This document shows positions 9,862 through 19,848 of a DNA stretch of 46,140 nt, piece by piece. Numbering within the stretch: position 1 is the first letter of the stretch; every line of letters begins with the position of its first letter. The notes below the pieces were generated by a model. That model saw nothing but the letters and a program-made list of their open reading frames with translations, made no database searches and was not told where the DNA came from. Made by a program: the position numbers and the translations under genes. The stretch comes from Clostridia bacterium (GTDB lineage: Bacteria; Bacillota; Sulfobacillia; RBS10-35; JAJYVM01). The stretch lies in NCBI GenBank assembly GCA_027314765.1, contig DAHVAF010000263.1, positions 1 through 46,140 on the forward strand, in the 5' to 3' direction.

Positions 9862-10151
9862 GCGCATACGTCGCGCTGAGCGCGGTGCTCTTCGCCGTGG
9901 GCGGGGTCGGCCTGCTGGTCCGGCGCGATCCCCTGGTCATGATCATGTCCATCGAGATCATGTGGAACGCCGCCAGCCTGCTGCTGGTCGCCGCGGCCCG
10001 CTTCTACGGCGTGATGGCCGGGCAGGCCCTGGTCTTCATCGTCATCACGCTGGCGGCCGCCGACGTCGCCATGGGCCTTGCGATTGTCATGCACATCGCG
10101 CGGCGCGGCGAGTCGGTGGATGTGGACGCGCTGAAGGAGCTGAAAGGTTGA
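9858..10151 (+). CDS. nuoK: NADH-quinone oxidoreductase subunit K
   Basis: GTG 9858 overlaps the nuoJ stop. The 97-aa product has 3 TM segments and SIEIMWNAASLLLV...AAADVAMGLAI. Only the 3' part of track ORF 9636..10151 is real. Confidence 0.9.
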   Translation: MSAYVALSAVLFAVGGVGLLVRRDPLVMIMSIEIMWNAASLLLVAAARFYGVMAGQALVFIVITLAAADVAMGLAIVMHIARRGESVDVDALKELKG

Positions 10152-11881
10152 TCGCTCTCCTTGCGGTGGCGATCCCAGCCGCCGCCGCGCTCTTCATCAG
10201 CTGGGTGAGGCTACCCCGCGCCGCCGTGGTCGGGGTGGCCAACGGCGCCATCGCCGCCGCCTTCGTGCTTGCGCTGTTGATGCCGCAGGGCGACCTGGTG
10301 GTCGGGACATGGCTTCAGTCGATCCCGCTCGGCTTTCAGGTCGACACGATCTCGCGGACCTTCGCCCTGGTCACCTCGGGCGTCGGCCTGCTGATCCACG
10401 CCTACTCCGCGGCCTATATGGCCCACGACCGCGACCTGGCGCGGTACTTCTCGGGCCTGAACCTGTTCGTGGCGGCCATGCTCATGCTGGTCCTGGCCAA
10501 CGGGCCCATCCTGCTGCTGATCGGCTGGGCGGGCGTCGGCCTCGCCAGCTACCTCCTGATCGGCTTCTGGTACGAGCGTGAGGCTGCGGTCGCCGCCGCG
10601 CGCAAGGCGTTTCTGATCAACACGGCGGGCGATGTCTCGCTGATGCTGGCCATCGCGCTGATGGTCACCACCACGGGCCAGACGACCTACAGCGGCATCT
10701 TCGCCGCCGTGGGCCACATGCCGGCCACGGCCGTCACCTGGCTCCTCTTCTTCGGCGCCGCCGCGAAGTCGGCGCAGATCCCGCTCCATACGTGGCTGCC
10801 CGACGCCATGGAGGGCCCCACGCCCGTCAGCGCCCTGATCCACGCGGCCACGATGGTGACGGCCGGGGTGTACCTGCTGCTGCGCTTTCATCCCGTCCTG
10901 GCCGCCGCGCCGTCAGCCGCCGAGGGCATCGGCATCCTGGGCGGGGCCAGCTGCCTGCTGGCCGCGCTCATGGCCATCCCGCAGCGCGACATCAAGCGCG
11001 TGCTGGCCTTCTCGACCATGTCCCAGGTCGGCTACATGTTCATGGGCGCGGCCGTGGGCATCGGGGCCGCGGGGCTCTCCCATGTGGTGACGCACGCCTT
11101 CTTCAAGGCCCTCCTCTTCATGGGTTGCGGCGTCGTGATGCACGCCCTGGGCGGCGACGAGCGCGACCTCTACAAGATGGGCGGGTTGCGCAAAGCCTTA
11201 CCCGCCACGTCCGCCGCGATGGGTGTCGCAGCCCTCGCGATTTCAGGCTTTCCGCTGATGTCGGGCTACTTCAGCAAGGATGCGATCCTGGAGTCGCTGC
11301 TCGCCAACGGCCACCCGTGGCTGTGGGGGCTCGGAGTCCTGACCGCGGGCTTAACGGCCCTCTACATCTTCCGCATGTACTTCCTGGCCTTCTGGGGCAA
11401 GCCGCGCACGGAGCCGAGCCATGGCGAGTCGGCCCTTGCCTACCGCTGGCCCATGGCCGTGCTGACGATCCTGGCCTTGGTCGGCGGTGTGTTTGTGCGG
11501 CCGTTCGCCTGGTTCAGCCTGACGTCCGTGGTGGCGGTGGTCCTGGCCTTCATCGGATTCCTTGTGGCCTACCGGCTCTACGCACTGCGCGGGCCGGTGG
11601 GGGATGCGTGGCTCGATGGCGGCTTCGGACGCCTGCTCCGGTCCGAGTTCGGCTTCGATCTCGCCTACCGCGGGCTGATCGTCGCCCCGGGCGCGGCGCT
11701 TGCGGCCGCGATTGGCGCGCTCGACCGTGTGGCCATGTCCGGCCTTGCAAGCGGAGTCACTTCTGGCGGGGCCGCAATCGCCGGCTGGCTGCGCGGCTGG
11801 CAGTCAGGCCTGACGCGCGTTTACGCGCTGAGCATCCTGGCCGGGGCGGCTCTGATCCTCCTCTGGGTGGCGGTGCGATGA
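10148..11881 (+). CDS. nuoL: NADH-quinone oxidoreductase subunit L
   Basis: TTG 10148 overlaps the nuoK stop. Contains GWAGVGLASYLLIGFWY...AKSAQIPLHTWLPDAMEGPTPVSALIHAATMVTAG. Confidence 0.93.
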   Translation: MIALLAVAIPAAAALFISWVRLPRAAVVGVANGAIAAAFVLALLMPQGDLVVGTWLQSIPLGFQVDTISRTFALVTSGVGLLIHAYSAAYMAHDRDLARYFSGLNLFVAAMLMLVLANGPILLLIGWAGVGLASYLLIGFWYEREAAVAAARKAFLINTAGDVSLMLAIALMVTTTGQTTYSGIFAAVGHMPATAVTWLLFFGAAAKSAQIPLHTWLPDAMEGPTPVSALIHAATMVTAGVYLLLRFHPVLAAAPSAAEGIGILGGASCLLAALMAIPQRDIKRVLAFSTMSQVGYMFMGAAVGIGAAGLSHVVTHAFFKALLFMGCGVVMHALGGDERDLYKMGGLRKALPATSAAMGVAALAISGFPLMSGYFSKDAILESLLANGHPWLWGLGVLTAGLTALYIFRMYFLAFWGKPRTEPSHGESALAYRWPMAVLTILALVGGVFVRPFAWFSLTSVVAVVLAFIGFLVAYRLYALRGPVGDAWLDGGFGRLLRSEFGFDLAYRGLIVAPGAALAAAIGALDRVAMSGLASGVTSGGAAIAGWLRGWQSGLTRVYALSILAGAALILLWVAVR

Positions 11882-13131
11882 TGATGATCTTGGGCATCGT
11901 GCTGCCGGTGGCCAGCCTGCTGCTGCCGCGGCGCGCGGCGTGGATCGGGGCGGCGCTCGGCTTCATCGCCCTCTGCCTCGCGTTCGGGACGACGATCGAC
12001 GTGGCGTGGCTCGGCGGCATCCACCTCAGCCTCGGCATGTCCGGCTTCGGGGCCGCGCTGGCGCTGCTGGCATCGCTGAGCACGGTGGTGGTCGTCGCCA
12101 CCGCGCCGGAGAAGCGGAGGCCGCTGCTGCTGACGCTCGGCGCCGCCGCCGTCGGCGTCTTCCTGGCCCGCGACGTGATCGTGCTGTACGTGTTCTGGGA
12201 GTTGATGCTCATCCCCGCCTACTTCATGGTGGGCGGGCGCGCGGCCACCCAGTTCCTCGTCTACAACGTCGCCGGGAGCCTCTGCATGCTGCTGGGCTTC
12301 CTGGCCCTGGGCACATTCGCCATGCCGGTGACGGTGCCGGCCTCGGGCATCGTGCTGCTGGGCCTGATGCTGGGCTTCGCCGCCAAGGCGCCGCTCTGGC
12401 CCCTGCATGGCTGGCAGCCGGACGCGTACAGCGCCGCCCCGGCCGACGCGGCGGCCCTGATGGCCGGGGTCCAGAGCAAGGCCGGCCTCTTCGGCTTCTA
12501 CATGGTGGCCATGCCGGCGCTGCCTCCGGCGGCGCGGCCCTGGCTCATGGCCGTGGGCATCATCGCCGTGCTGTACGGCGCCTTCGCGGCGATCCGCCAG
12601 GATGAGGTCCGGCGCCTGCTGGCCTATTCCAGCGTCGGCCACCTCGGGCTGATGTTCCTGGGGCTCGCCTCGGGCACCGCGCTCGGCGTGGAGGGCGCGG
12701 TCATCCTGGCCGTCGCCCACGGGCTCTACACCGTTGCGCTGTTTCTGCTCACTGGGAGCCTGGAGGACGCGCTCGGGCGGCCCGCCAAGCTCACCGACCT
12801 CGGCGGCCTGTACCGGGGCTCGCCGGGGATGGGCGCCGTGTTCACCTTCACGGGCATGGCGGCGCTGGGCCTGCCGGGGCTCGCCGGCTTCCCCGGCGAG
12901 CTGCTGATCCTCATCGGCCTCTGGTCTGTCAGCCCCTGGCTGGCGGCGGCGGCCGGGCTGGGCGTCGTCCTGGCCGCCGTGTACATGCTGCGGCCCATTC
13001 AGGGGATCTTCCACGGACCCGCGCGGGAGGGACCGCGCCTGGACGTCACGTGGGCGCTCGCGCCCGTGCTCCTGCTCCTTTTGGCCGTCGGCCTTGACCC
13101 GCAGCTGCTCTGGGGGGTGGCGCACCCGTGA
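11878..13131 (+). CDS. nuoM: NADH-quinone oxidoreductase subunit M (short, divergent)
   Basis: ATG 11878 overlaps the nuoL stop. Contains FWELMLIPAYF...AKAPLWPLHGWQPDAY...QSKAG...YSSVGHLG. Called from position between L and N plus antiporter-like motifs. Only 417 aa. Confidence 0.85.
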   Translation: MMMILGIVLPVASLLLPRRAAWIGAALGFIALCLAFGTTIDVAWLGGIHLSLGMSGFGAALALLASLSTVVVVATAPEKRRPLLLTLGAAAVGVFLARDVIVLYVFWELMLIPAYFMVGGRAATQFLVYNVAGSLCMLLGFLALGTFAMPVTVPASGIVLLGLMLGFAAKAPLWPLHGWQPDAYSAAPADAAALMAGVQSKAGLFGFYMVAMPALPPAARPWLMAVGIIAVLYGAFAAIRQDEVRRLLAYSSVGHLGLMFLGLASGTALGVEGAVILAVAHGLYTVALFLLTGSLEDALGRPAKLTDLGGLYRGSPGMGAVFTFTGMAALGLPGLAGFPGELLILIGLWSVSPWLAAAAGLGVVLAAVYMLRPIQGIFHGPAREGPRLDVTWALAPVLLLLLAVGLDPQLLWGVAHP

Positions 13132-14465
13132 TCGTGACGGCGTTGGCCGTCCTGGGCCTCGGGGGCGTTGCCCTGCTGGCTCTGGACCTGTTCGCCGAAG
13201 GCTACCTGCCACTGCTGCGCACCGTGGCCTTTGCGGTCATGGCGGCCGCCGGCGTGACGCTGCTGGCCGGCAGGGGCGTGCCCGCGTTCGCCGGCACCTC
13301 GCTCGTCGACGATTCCGTCGCGCGCATGCTCGGTGCCCTGGCCGCCTTCGCGGGCGCGCTGACGGTGCTGCTGCCGCTTCCCGTCGGGGACGCCGAGGAT
13401 AGCCGCAGGCGGTCCGCCGGCTACCTGGCCCTGCTGGCGTGGGCCACGGCCGGCATGGTCCTGCTGGCCGCGGCGGGCGATCTGCTGACCCTCTTTCTCG
13501 GTCTGGAGCTGCTCTCCCTCGCCCTCTACGCCCTCACGGCCTACGCCGTCGGCGGCCTGGGCGGCGAGGCGGCCCTGAAGTACTTCCTGCTCGGCGGTCT
13601 TGGCTCCGGACTGGTGCTCTACGGCGGCGCCCTGGTCTTCGCCGGCTCCGGGCGCCTGGACTTCCTGGCGCACGCGGTCGCCGGCGGCGGCCCCCTGGTG
13701 ACGGCCGGCCTGGCCCTGCTCGTCGCCGGCCTCGGCTTCACGCTGGCGCTGGTGCCGTTCCATCTCTGGACGCCCGACGTCTACGAGGGCGCCCCGACCG
13801 GGGTCACAGCCTTCATGGCCGTGGGCACCAAGGCCGCCGCCTTCGCCGCCGCCGCCCACCTGCTGCTGGCCGGCTTCCCGGGGGCCGCGGATATCTGGTC
13901 GCCCCTGCTGACCGTCATCGCCGTCGCCTCGCTCCTGCTCGGCTACGCCCTTGCCGCGCCCCAGCGCGGCATCAAGCGGCTGCTGGCGTACTCGAGCATC
14001 GCCAACGCCGGCACTGCCGCCCTGGCGCTGCTGCTGGGCGCGCAGGCGGGCAATGTCCTCGTCCTCTACCTCTACACCTACGCCGCGGCCACCTTCGGCG
14101 CGTTCGCCTGCGTGGCCGCCACGGGCGGCGACCTGGCCGGCCTCGGCCACCGTAAGCCCTGGCTGGGCGGTGCCCTGCTGCTCTTCCTGCTGTCGCTGGC
14201 CAGCGTGCCCCTGACGGCGGGCTTCGCCGGCAAGCTGGTCCTGCTGCTGGGGCTCATGCAGGGCGGCCGCGCTGTGCTGGCGGTCCTCGTCATCGTGTCG
14301 ACGGTGATCGCCCTTTACCCGTACTTCAAGGTGGCACGCCTGGCGAGCCAGCCGGCGGAGGCGGAGCGCGGCGGGGTGGCCTGGGCCCCGGCCGCCGTCA
14401 TCGCCGCCTGCGTCGTGGCCACCCTGGCGCTGGGGCTGTGGCCCGGGCTGTTGCCCGGTGCGTGA
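13128..14465 (+). CDS. nuoN: NADH-quinone oxidoreductase subunit N
   Basis: Contains LGLELLSLALY...PFHLWTPDVYEGAPTGVTAFMAVGTKAAAF...LLAYSSIANAG. GTGA coupling to nuoM. Confidence 0.9.
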   Translation: MIVTALAVLGLGGVALLALDLFAEGYLPLLRTVAFAVMAAAGVTLLAGRGVPAFAGTSLVDDSVARMLGALAAFAGALTVLLPLPVGDAEDSRRRSAGYLALLAWATAGMVLLAAAGDLLTLFLGLELLSLALYALTAYAVGGLGGEAALKYFLLGGLGSGLVLYGGALVFAGSGRLDFLAHAVAGGGPLVTAGLALLVAGLGFTLALVPFHLWTPDVYEGAPTGVTAFMAVGTKAAAFAAAAHLLLAGFPGAADIWSPLLTVIAVASLLLGYALAAPQRGIKRLLAYSSIANAGTAALALLLGAQAGNVLVLYLYTYAAATFGAFACVAATGGDLAGLGHRKPWLGGALLLFLLSLASVPLTAGFAGKLVLLLGLMQGGRAVLAVLVIVSTVIALYPYFKVARLASQPAEAERGGVAWAPAAVIAACVVATLALGLWPGLLPGA

Positions 14466-14471
14466 GGCTCG

Positions 14472-14530
14472 GCGCGGCTCCGCCGCGCTGAACGGGTCCC
14501 CAAGCGTACCCCTTCGGTGGGGCGCGCTTG
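14472..14530 (+). terminator. Two GC-rich hairpins after nuoN (possible operon terminator or processing site)
   Basis: The first is GCGCGGC-tcc-GCCGCGC (14472-14488). The second is CAAGCG-ta-CCCC-ttcggt-GGGG-cg-CGCTTG (14501-14530), followed by a moderately T-rich ccttccggttctgg. No clean U-tract. Confidence 0.3.
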
Positions 14531-14584
14531 CCTTCCGGTTCTGGTAATCTGTAAATCCGAGGCCGCCGGAGCGGGAGTGGTCAG

Positions 14585-16225
14585 TTGAAGACCGAGGTGG
14601 AGCGGCTCCCCGAGGGCCGGGTGGAGTTGCGGGTCGAGGTGGATCCGCCGGCCGTGGAGGACGCCCTGGACCAGGCCTACCATCGCCTTGTGCGCACGGT
14701 GGTCCTGCCGGGCTTTCGCCGCGGGCACGCGCCGCGCAGCATCGTGGAGCGCATGCTGGGCCGCGAGCGCCTCTGGCGCGACGCCGTCGACCCCCTGGTG
14801 CAGCACAGCTTCGACCAGGCCGCCACCGAGCAGGGTCTTGAGCCCGTGGAGTCACCCCAGGTGGACTTCGAGGCCATCCCGGCGCCCGGGGAGCCGTTCG
14901 CCTACAAAGCCGTCTTCACGGTCAAGCCGGAGGTCACCCTCGGCGACTACCGGGCCATCCGCGTCCCGCGCGAGGTGGCGCCCGTGACCGACGCCGACGT
15001 GGACCAGGCGCTCGGCGACCTGCGCGAGAGCCGCGCCCGCTGGGTGCCGGAGGAGAGCGAGCCCGCCGTCGACGGCATGATGGTCACGGTGGACGTCACC
15101 GGTACCGTGGACGGCGCGCCCGTGCCGCCCGAGAATGGCGTCAGCGGCGTGCTCGGGCAGGGCAGCCTCCGCCCGGCCATCGAGGATGCCCTGCGCGGCG
15201 CCCGCCCCGGCGACAGCCGCGAGGTGGAGATCGCCTTCCCGGCCGAGGACAGCGACACGTCGCTGGCCGGCAAGTCGGGCCGCTTCAACGTCACGCTGAT
15301 CGAGCTCAAGAAGAAGCAGATCCCCGAGCTCGATGGCGAGCTGGCCCGCGAGGTCTCCGAGGGCTCCAGCACGGTGGAGGAATTGCGCGCGGAGGTCCAG
15401 AAAACACTAGCCCGCGTCGCGGCCGCGCGCGCGGAGGACGCCGCGGGGGCAGCCGCCCGCCAGCGCGCCGTCGACGAGGCGACCGTGCAGGTGCCCGCCG
15501 TGATGGTCGAGCGGCAGCTCGACAGCATGCTGCGCGATCTGGAACGCCAGTTGGAGCGGGGCGGGGTCACCCTGCCCGCCTACCTGGAGCAGCAGGGCCG
15601 CCAGCTGGAGGACCTGCGCGCGGAGATGCGTGGGGACGCGGAGCGCCAGGTCAAGACCCAGCTCGTGCTCGACGCCATCGCCACGCGCGAGAGCGTGGAG
15701 CCGAGCGCGGACGAGATCCGGCGCCAGATCGAGGATATGGCTTCCCAGTACGGCCCTTCGGCCGGCCAGGTCCGCCGCCTGTTGCAGCGTCCGGCGAATA
15801 TCGCGGACGTGCGGGCCGACCTCAGGCTGGCGAAGGCCGCTCGTTTTCTCCGCGAGCTTGCGCTGAGCGGAGAAGGACAGGACGCCGCGGAGGCGGGCGG
15901 GGAGGGCGAGGGTGGCACCACCGCTGCGGCCGAGACCGGCGCCGAGGCCCCTGAGGGCAGCGGTGGGGGGGCCGGGCGGCGGCGGGCGCGCGCCTCAGAT
16001 GGGGCGGACCCGGCCGGGGCGGATGCGCCTTCCGGCACGACCGGCAAGGGCGGCCGCGGTGCGCGCGGCGGCGGAACGCGCCAGCGCGCGGCGACCCGGC
16101 GGCGCGGCGAGGCCGCGGCGGACCCCACGTCCGAAGCCGGCGCCGAATCGGAGCCGGGGGCGGACGCGGGTGCCGGTGCCCAGCCCGACGACCAGCCAGA
16201 GGATCGAGCGGAGGCGAACGCATGA
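14585..16225 (+). CDS. tig: Trigger factor with an extended acidic/basic low-complexity C-terminal tail
   Basis: N-terminal [19 protein letters not shown]...GFRRGHAP (ribosome-binding GFRxGxxP motif), then PPIase and C-terminal arm domains. TTG start follows GGGAG. At 546 aa it is about 120 aa longer than usual. Confidence 0.9.
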   Translation: MKTEVERLPEGRVELRVEVDPPAVEDALDQAYHRLVRTVVLPGFRRGHAPRSIVERMLGRERLWRDAVDPLVQHSFDQAATEQGLEPVESPQVDFEAIPAPGEPFAYKAVFTVKPEVTLGDYRAIRVPREVAPVTDADVDQALGDLRESRARWVPEESEPAVDGMMVTVDVTGTVDGAPVPPENGVSGVLGQGSLRPAIEDALRGARPGDSREVEIAFPAEDSDTSLAGKSGRFNVTLIELKKKQIPELDGELAREVSEGSSTVEELRAEVQKTLARVAAARAEDAAGAAARQRAVDEATVQVPAVMVERQLDSMLRDLERQLERGGVTLPAYLEQQGRQLEDLRAEMRGDAERQVKTQLVLDAIATRESVEPSADEIRRQIEDMASQYGPSAGQVRRLLQRPANIADVRADLRLAKAARFLRELALSGEGQDAAEAGGEGEGGTTAAAETGAEAPEGSGGGAGRRRARASDGADPAGADAPSGTTGKGGRGARGGGTRQRAATRRRGEAAADPTSEAGAESEPGADAGAGAQPDDQPEDRAEANA

Positions 16226-16878
16226 GCCGTCCGTGCTCAACCCGGCAGCAGATCGTCCGCGGGATCCGCGACTACATGGTGCCGATGGTGATCGAGCAGA
16301 CCAGTCGCGGCGAGCGGGCCTATGATATTTATTCGCGCCTCCTGAAGGACCGCATCGTCTTCATCGGCACGCCGATCGACGACGCGGTGGCGAACCTGGT
16401 CATCGCCGAGCTCCTCTTTCTGGAGACGGAGGACCCCGACCGCGACGTCCAGGTGTACGTCAACTCGCCGGGCGGCGTCGTCGAAGCCGGCCTCGGCATC
16501 TACGACACCATGCGGTACATCAAGCCCGACGTGGCCACGATCTGCGTCGGCCAGGCCGCCAGCATGGCCGCGCTCCTGCTTGCGGGCGGCACCCACGGAA
16601 AGCGGTATGCGCTGCCCAACTCCCGCGTTATGATTCACCAGCCCTCCGGCGGCGCCCAGGGCCGGGCCGCGGACATGAAGATCTGGACCGAGGAGCTGCT
16701 CAAGGCTCGGGAGAAGCTGATCGATATCCTGCATGAGCACACGGGCCAGCCGCGGGAGAAGATCGACGCCGACGTGGAGAAGGACTACTTCATGTCGGCC
16801 GAAGAGGCCAAGGTATACGGCATCGTTGACGAGGTCTACACCCCACGCAAGAAGGGGGGCGCCGCCCCGAGCCGCTAG
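16222..16878 (+). CDS. clpP: ATP-dependent Clp protease proteolytic subunit
   Basis: Contains [26 protein letters not shown]...NSPGG...GQAASMAA...MIHQP. ATG 16222 overlaps the tig stop (ATGA). Internal ATG 16276 (MVPMVIEQ) is an equally plausible start. Confidence 0.95.
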   Translation: MSRPCSTRQQIVRGIRDYMVPMVIEQTSRGERAYDIYSRLLKDRIVFIGTPIDDAVANLVIAELLFLETEDPDRDVQVYVNSPGGVVEAGLGIYDTMRYIKPDVATICVGQAASMAALLLAGGTHGKRYALPNSRVMIHQPSGGAQGRAADMKIWTEELLKAREKLIDILHEHTGQPREKIDADVEKDYFMSAEEAKVYGIVDEVYTPRKKGGAAPSR

Positions 16879-16901
16879 CAAGGCGGTGGCGGGGCAGGGG
16901 C

Positions 16902-18161
<1,260 letters not shown>

Positions 18162-18192
18162 GCAAGAGCCCGCGCCGCGGCCCCGACTTCGT

Positions 18193-18222
18193 GCCGCGAC
18201 GCTCACGCGTCGCGGCTTTTTT
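18193..18222 (+). terminator. Rho-independent terminator of tig-clpP-clpX
   Basis: A perfect 10-bp stem, GCCGCGACGC-tcac-GCGTCGCGGC (18193-18216), is followed by TTTTTT (18217-18222), 32 nt after the clpX stop. Confidence 0.85.
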
Positions 18223-18284
18223 GGGTTCGGTGCGGCGCCCACGCGGTCGCGGGTGGAACGTGGCCGCACCTCCGCGTTGGTGAC

Positions 18285-18290
18285 TATAAT
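18285..18290 (+). promoter_or_regulatory. Candidate -10 box of the toxin-antitoxin operon
   Basis: Perfect TATAAT lies 19 nt upstream of the vapB ATG, followed by GGAGGTGAGG. No convincing -35. A perfect AT hexamer is conspicuous in this GC-rich context. Confidence 0.3.
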
Positions 18291-18308
18291 GGTCATGGAG
18301 GTGAGGTC

Positions 18309-18599
18309 ATGGCGGTCACAAGCGTGAGTGACCTGAAGGCACACCTGAGCGCGTGGCTGGAAGCGGTTCAGCGCGGTGAAGAGGTGGTCGTGACCGATCG
18401 GGGGCGTCCTGTCGCCACCCTCACGCCCATCCGCGGTCTTGAGGGCGAGGACGAGCGCACGGTGCGGCTCATTGCCGCCGGGGTGCTTCGGCCGGTCCGT
18501 GAGGCCCTGCCGCCGGAGTTTTGGGACCTGCCGCGGCCGCGCGTTCCGGGCAACGCAGCCGTTGAGGCGATTCTCGCCGAACGCGCAGAGGGGCGTTGA
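18309..18599 (+). CDS. vapB: Type II antitoxin, Phd/YefM family
   Basis: N-terminus is MAVTSVSDLKAHLSAWLEAVQRGEEVVVTDRGRPVATLTPI, typical of Phd/YefM. It is 96 aa and its stop overlaps the toxin start. Confidence 0.85.
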   Translation: MAVTSVSDLKAHLSAWLEAVQRGEEVVVTDRGRPVATLTPIRGLEGEDERTVRLIAAGVLRPVREALPPEFWDLPRPRVPGNAAVEAILAERAEGR

Positions 18600-19036
18600 G
18601 GTTCTGGGATGCGTCCGCTGCCGTCCTGCTTTGCGTCGCGCAGTCGGGTTCGGAAACGGCCCTGGAGTGGGCGCGCGGTGACGGCGTCGTGGTTTGGTGG
18701 GCCACACGCTTGGAGTGTGAGTCCGCCATTGCCCGGCTTGGCCAAGAGGGCTTGGTGAACGAAGCCGACCAGGAAGACGCATGGGCGATGCTGGCGCGGC
18801 TCGGCAATGGCTGGCGGGAGGTCGTGCCGTCGGGTGCCCTGCGCAGCCACGCCATACGCCTCGTACGCCTGCACCCGCTGCGCGCCGCCGATGCGCTCCA
18901 GCTGGCCGCCGCCTTGGACTGGATGGAGCGCGCGCCGGATGGGGCGGTCTTTATCACCGCCGATCGCCAGCTCGGTCGAGCGGCCCGGGCTGAAGGCTTC
19001 GACGTGTGGAGCCCCCTCGCCCCACCCCCGGCCTGA
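18596..19036 (+). CDS. vapC: Type II toxin, PIN-domain ribonuclease (VapC-like)
   Basis: 146 aa with the PIN acidic signature: FWDASA near the N-terminus, ECES, AADALQLAAAL and ITADRQL. TTG start overlaps the vapB stop by 4 nt. Confidence 0.8.
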   Translation: MRFWDASAAVLLCVAQSGSETALEWARGDGVVVWWATRLECESAIARLGQEGLVNEADQEDAWAMLARLGNGWREVVPSGALRSHAIRLVRLHPLRAADALQLAAALDWMERAPDGAVFITADRQLGRAARAEGFDVWSPLAPPPA

Positions 19037-19054
19037 TCCGGACCGGCCGCGCCC

Positions 19055-19848
19055 ACGCCGCCGCCGCGAAGCGCTCCAGCAGCGCTCCGATGAACTTGAT
19101 CCCCCGCACGCAGTCGGCGACGCGGAGGCCCGTCGATCGTGAGGCGGTCATCCGCGTCCTTCAGCGAGGCCAGGGCCCACACCAGCCGCCACGGGCCGCT
19201 CGGCACGACGGTGGCCCAGCTGGAATGCATGTCGACCCGGGCCGCCCGTACACGCAGCTCCGCGTGCAGGACGCCCTTCAGGCCCAGCGTGACGACAAAG
19301 CGGTCGCGCTCATCCAGCGCCCCGCCCTCCCAGAGGCACCCGTCGGCGGCCAGCAGGACCCGGTGCGCCCGCACGAACGCCGCCAGGCTGGGGCTGCCGA
19401 TCTCCTCCTCACCATCGATGACGAACTTGACGGTGAGCGGGATCTCCCCGTTCGCCCGCCGGTAGCTGGCGATGGCCTGCACCCGCGCCATCACGTCGCC
19501 GCGGTGGTCAGCGATCCCGCGCGCGAAGATCTTGCCGTCGCGCGCGTCCGCCGCGAACGGGCCGGAGTCCCACTCCTCCAGCGGCTCCGGCGGCTGGACG
19601 TCGCAGTGGTTGTACATGAGCAGGGTCGGCTGGCCGCGCCCGATGCGCCCGCAGACGACCGGCGCGCCGCCCGTCTCCAGCACCCGGACGTCCTCGCAGC
19701 CCAGACCGCGCAGCACGTCCGCCGTGGCCGCCGCGCCCTCGCGGACGCCAACACCCTGGCCGGTGATGCACGGCAGCCGGCATCAGGCGCGCAGCGCCGC
19801 CAGGTATTCCGCCGCGTGGGCGTCGACGTCGGCCGCGAAGGCGCTCAC
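19055..19848 (-). pseudogene. Decayed M20 family metallopeptidase (ArgE/DapE/CPG2-like)
   Basis: GTG at 19848 overlaps the stop of the upstream lactonase gene. There is an in-frame TGA at 19785-19783 inside the N-terminal region (AEYLAALRA*CRLPCITGQG). M20 motifs follow (NHCDVQP, ARGIADHRGD, IDGEEEIGS). Homology stops after DRLTIDG near 19130 and resumes in another frame as LRVADCVRGIKFIGALLERF (C-terminal helix). About 150-200 aa of the lid and second catalytic half appear to be missing. Confidence 0.6.

Noticed and set aside
18469-19716. A 415-aa ORF that could be read as an intact M20 peptidase
   Set aside because: Only about the first 195 residues are M20-like. The remainder is low-complexity sequence antisense to vapB and vapC. 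N-terminal family sequence lies upstream beyond an in-frame TGA. I therefore call it a pseudogene.
19783-19785. The in-frame TGA in the M20 gene as a possible selenocysteine codon
   Set aside because: The position corresponds to a non-catalytic N-terminal helix. No convincing SECIS-like hairpin follows; there is only a weak CCGG...CCGG pairing. The gene also carries an independent deletion and frameshift, so decay is the simpler explanation.
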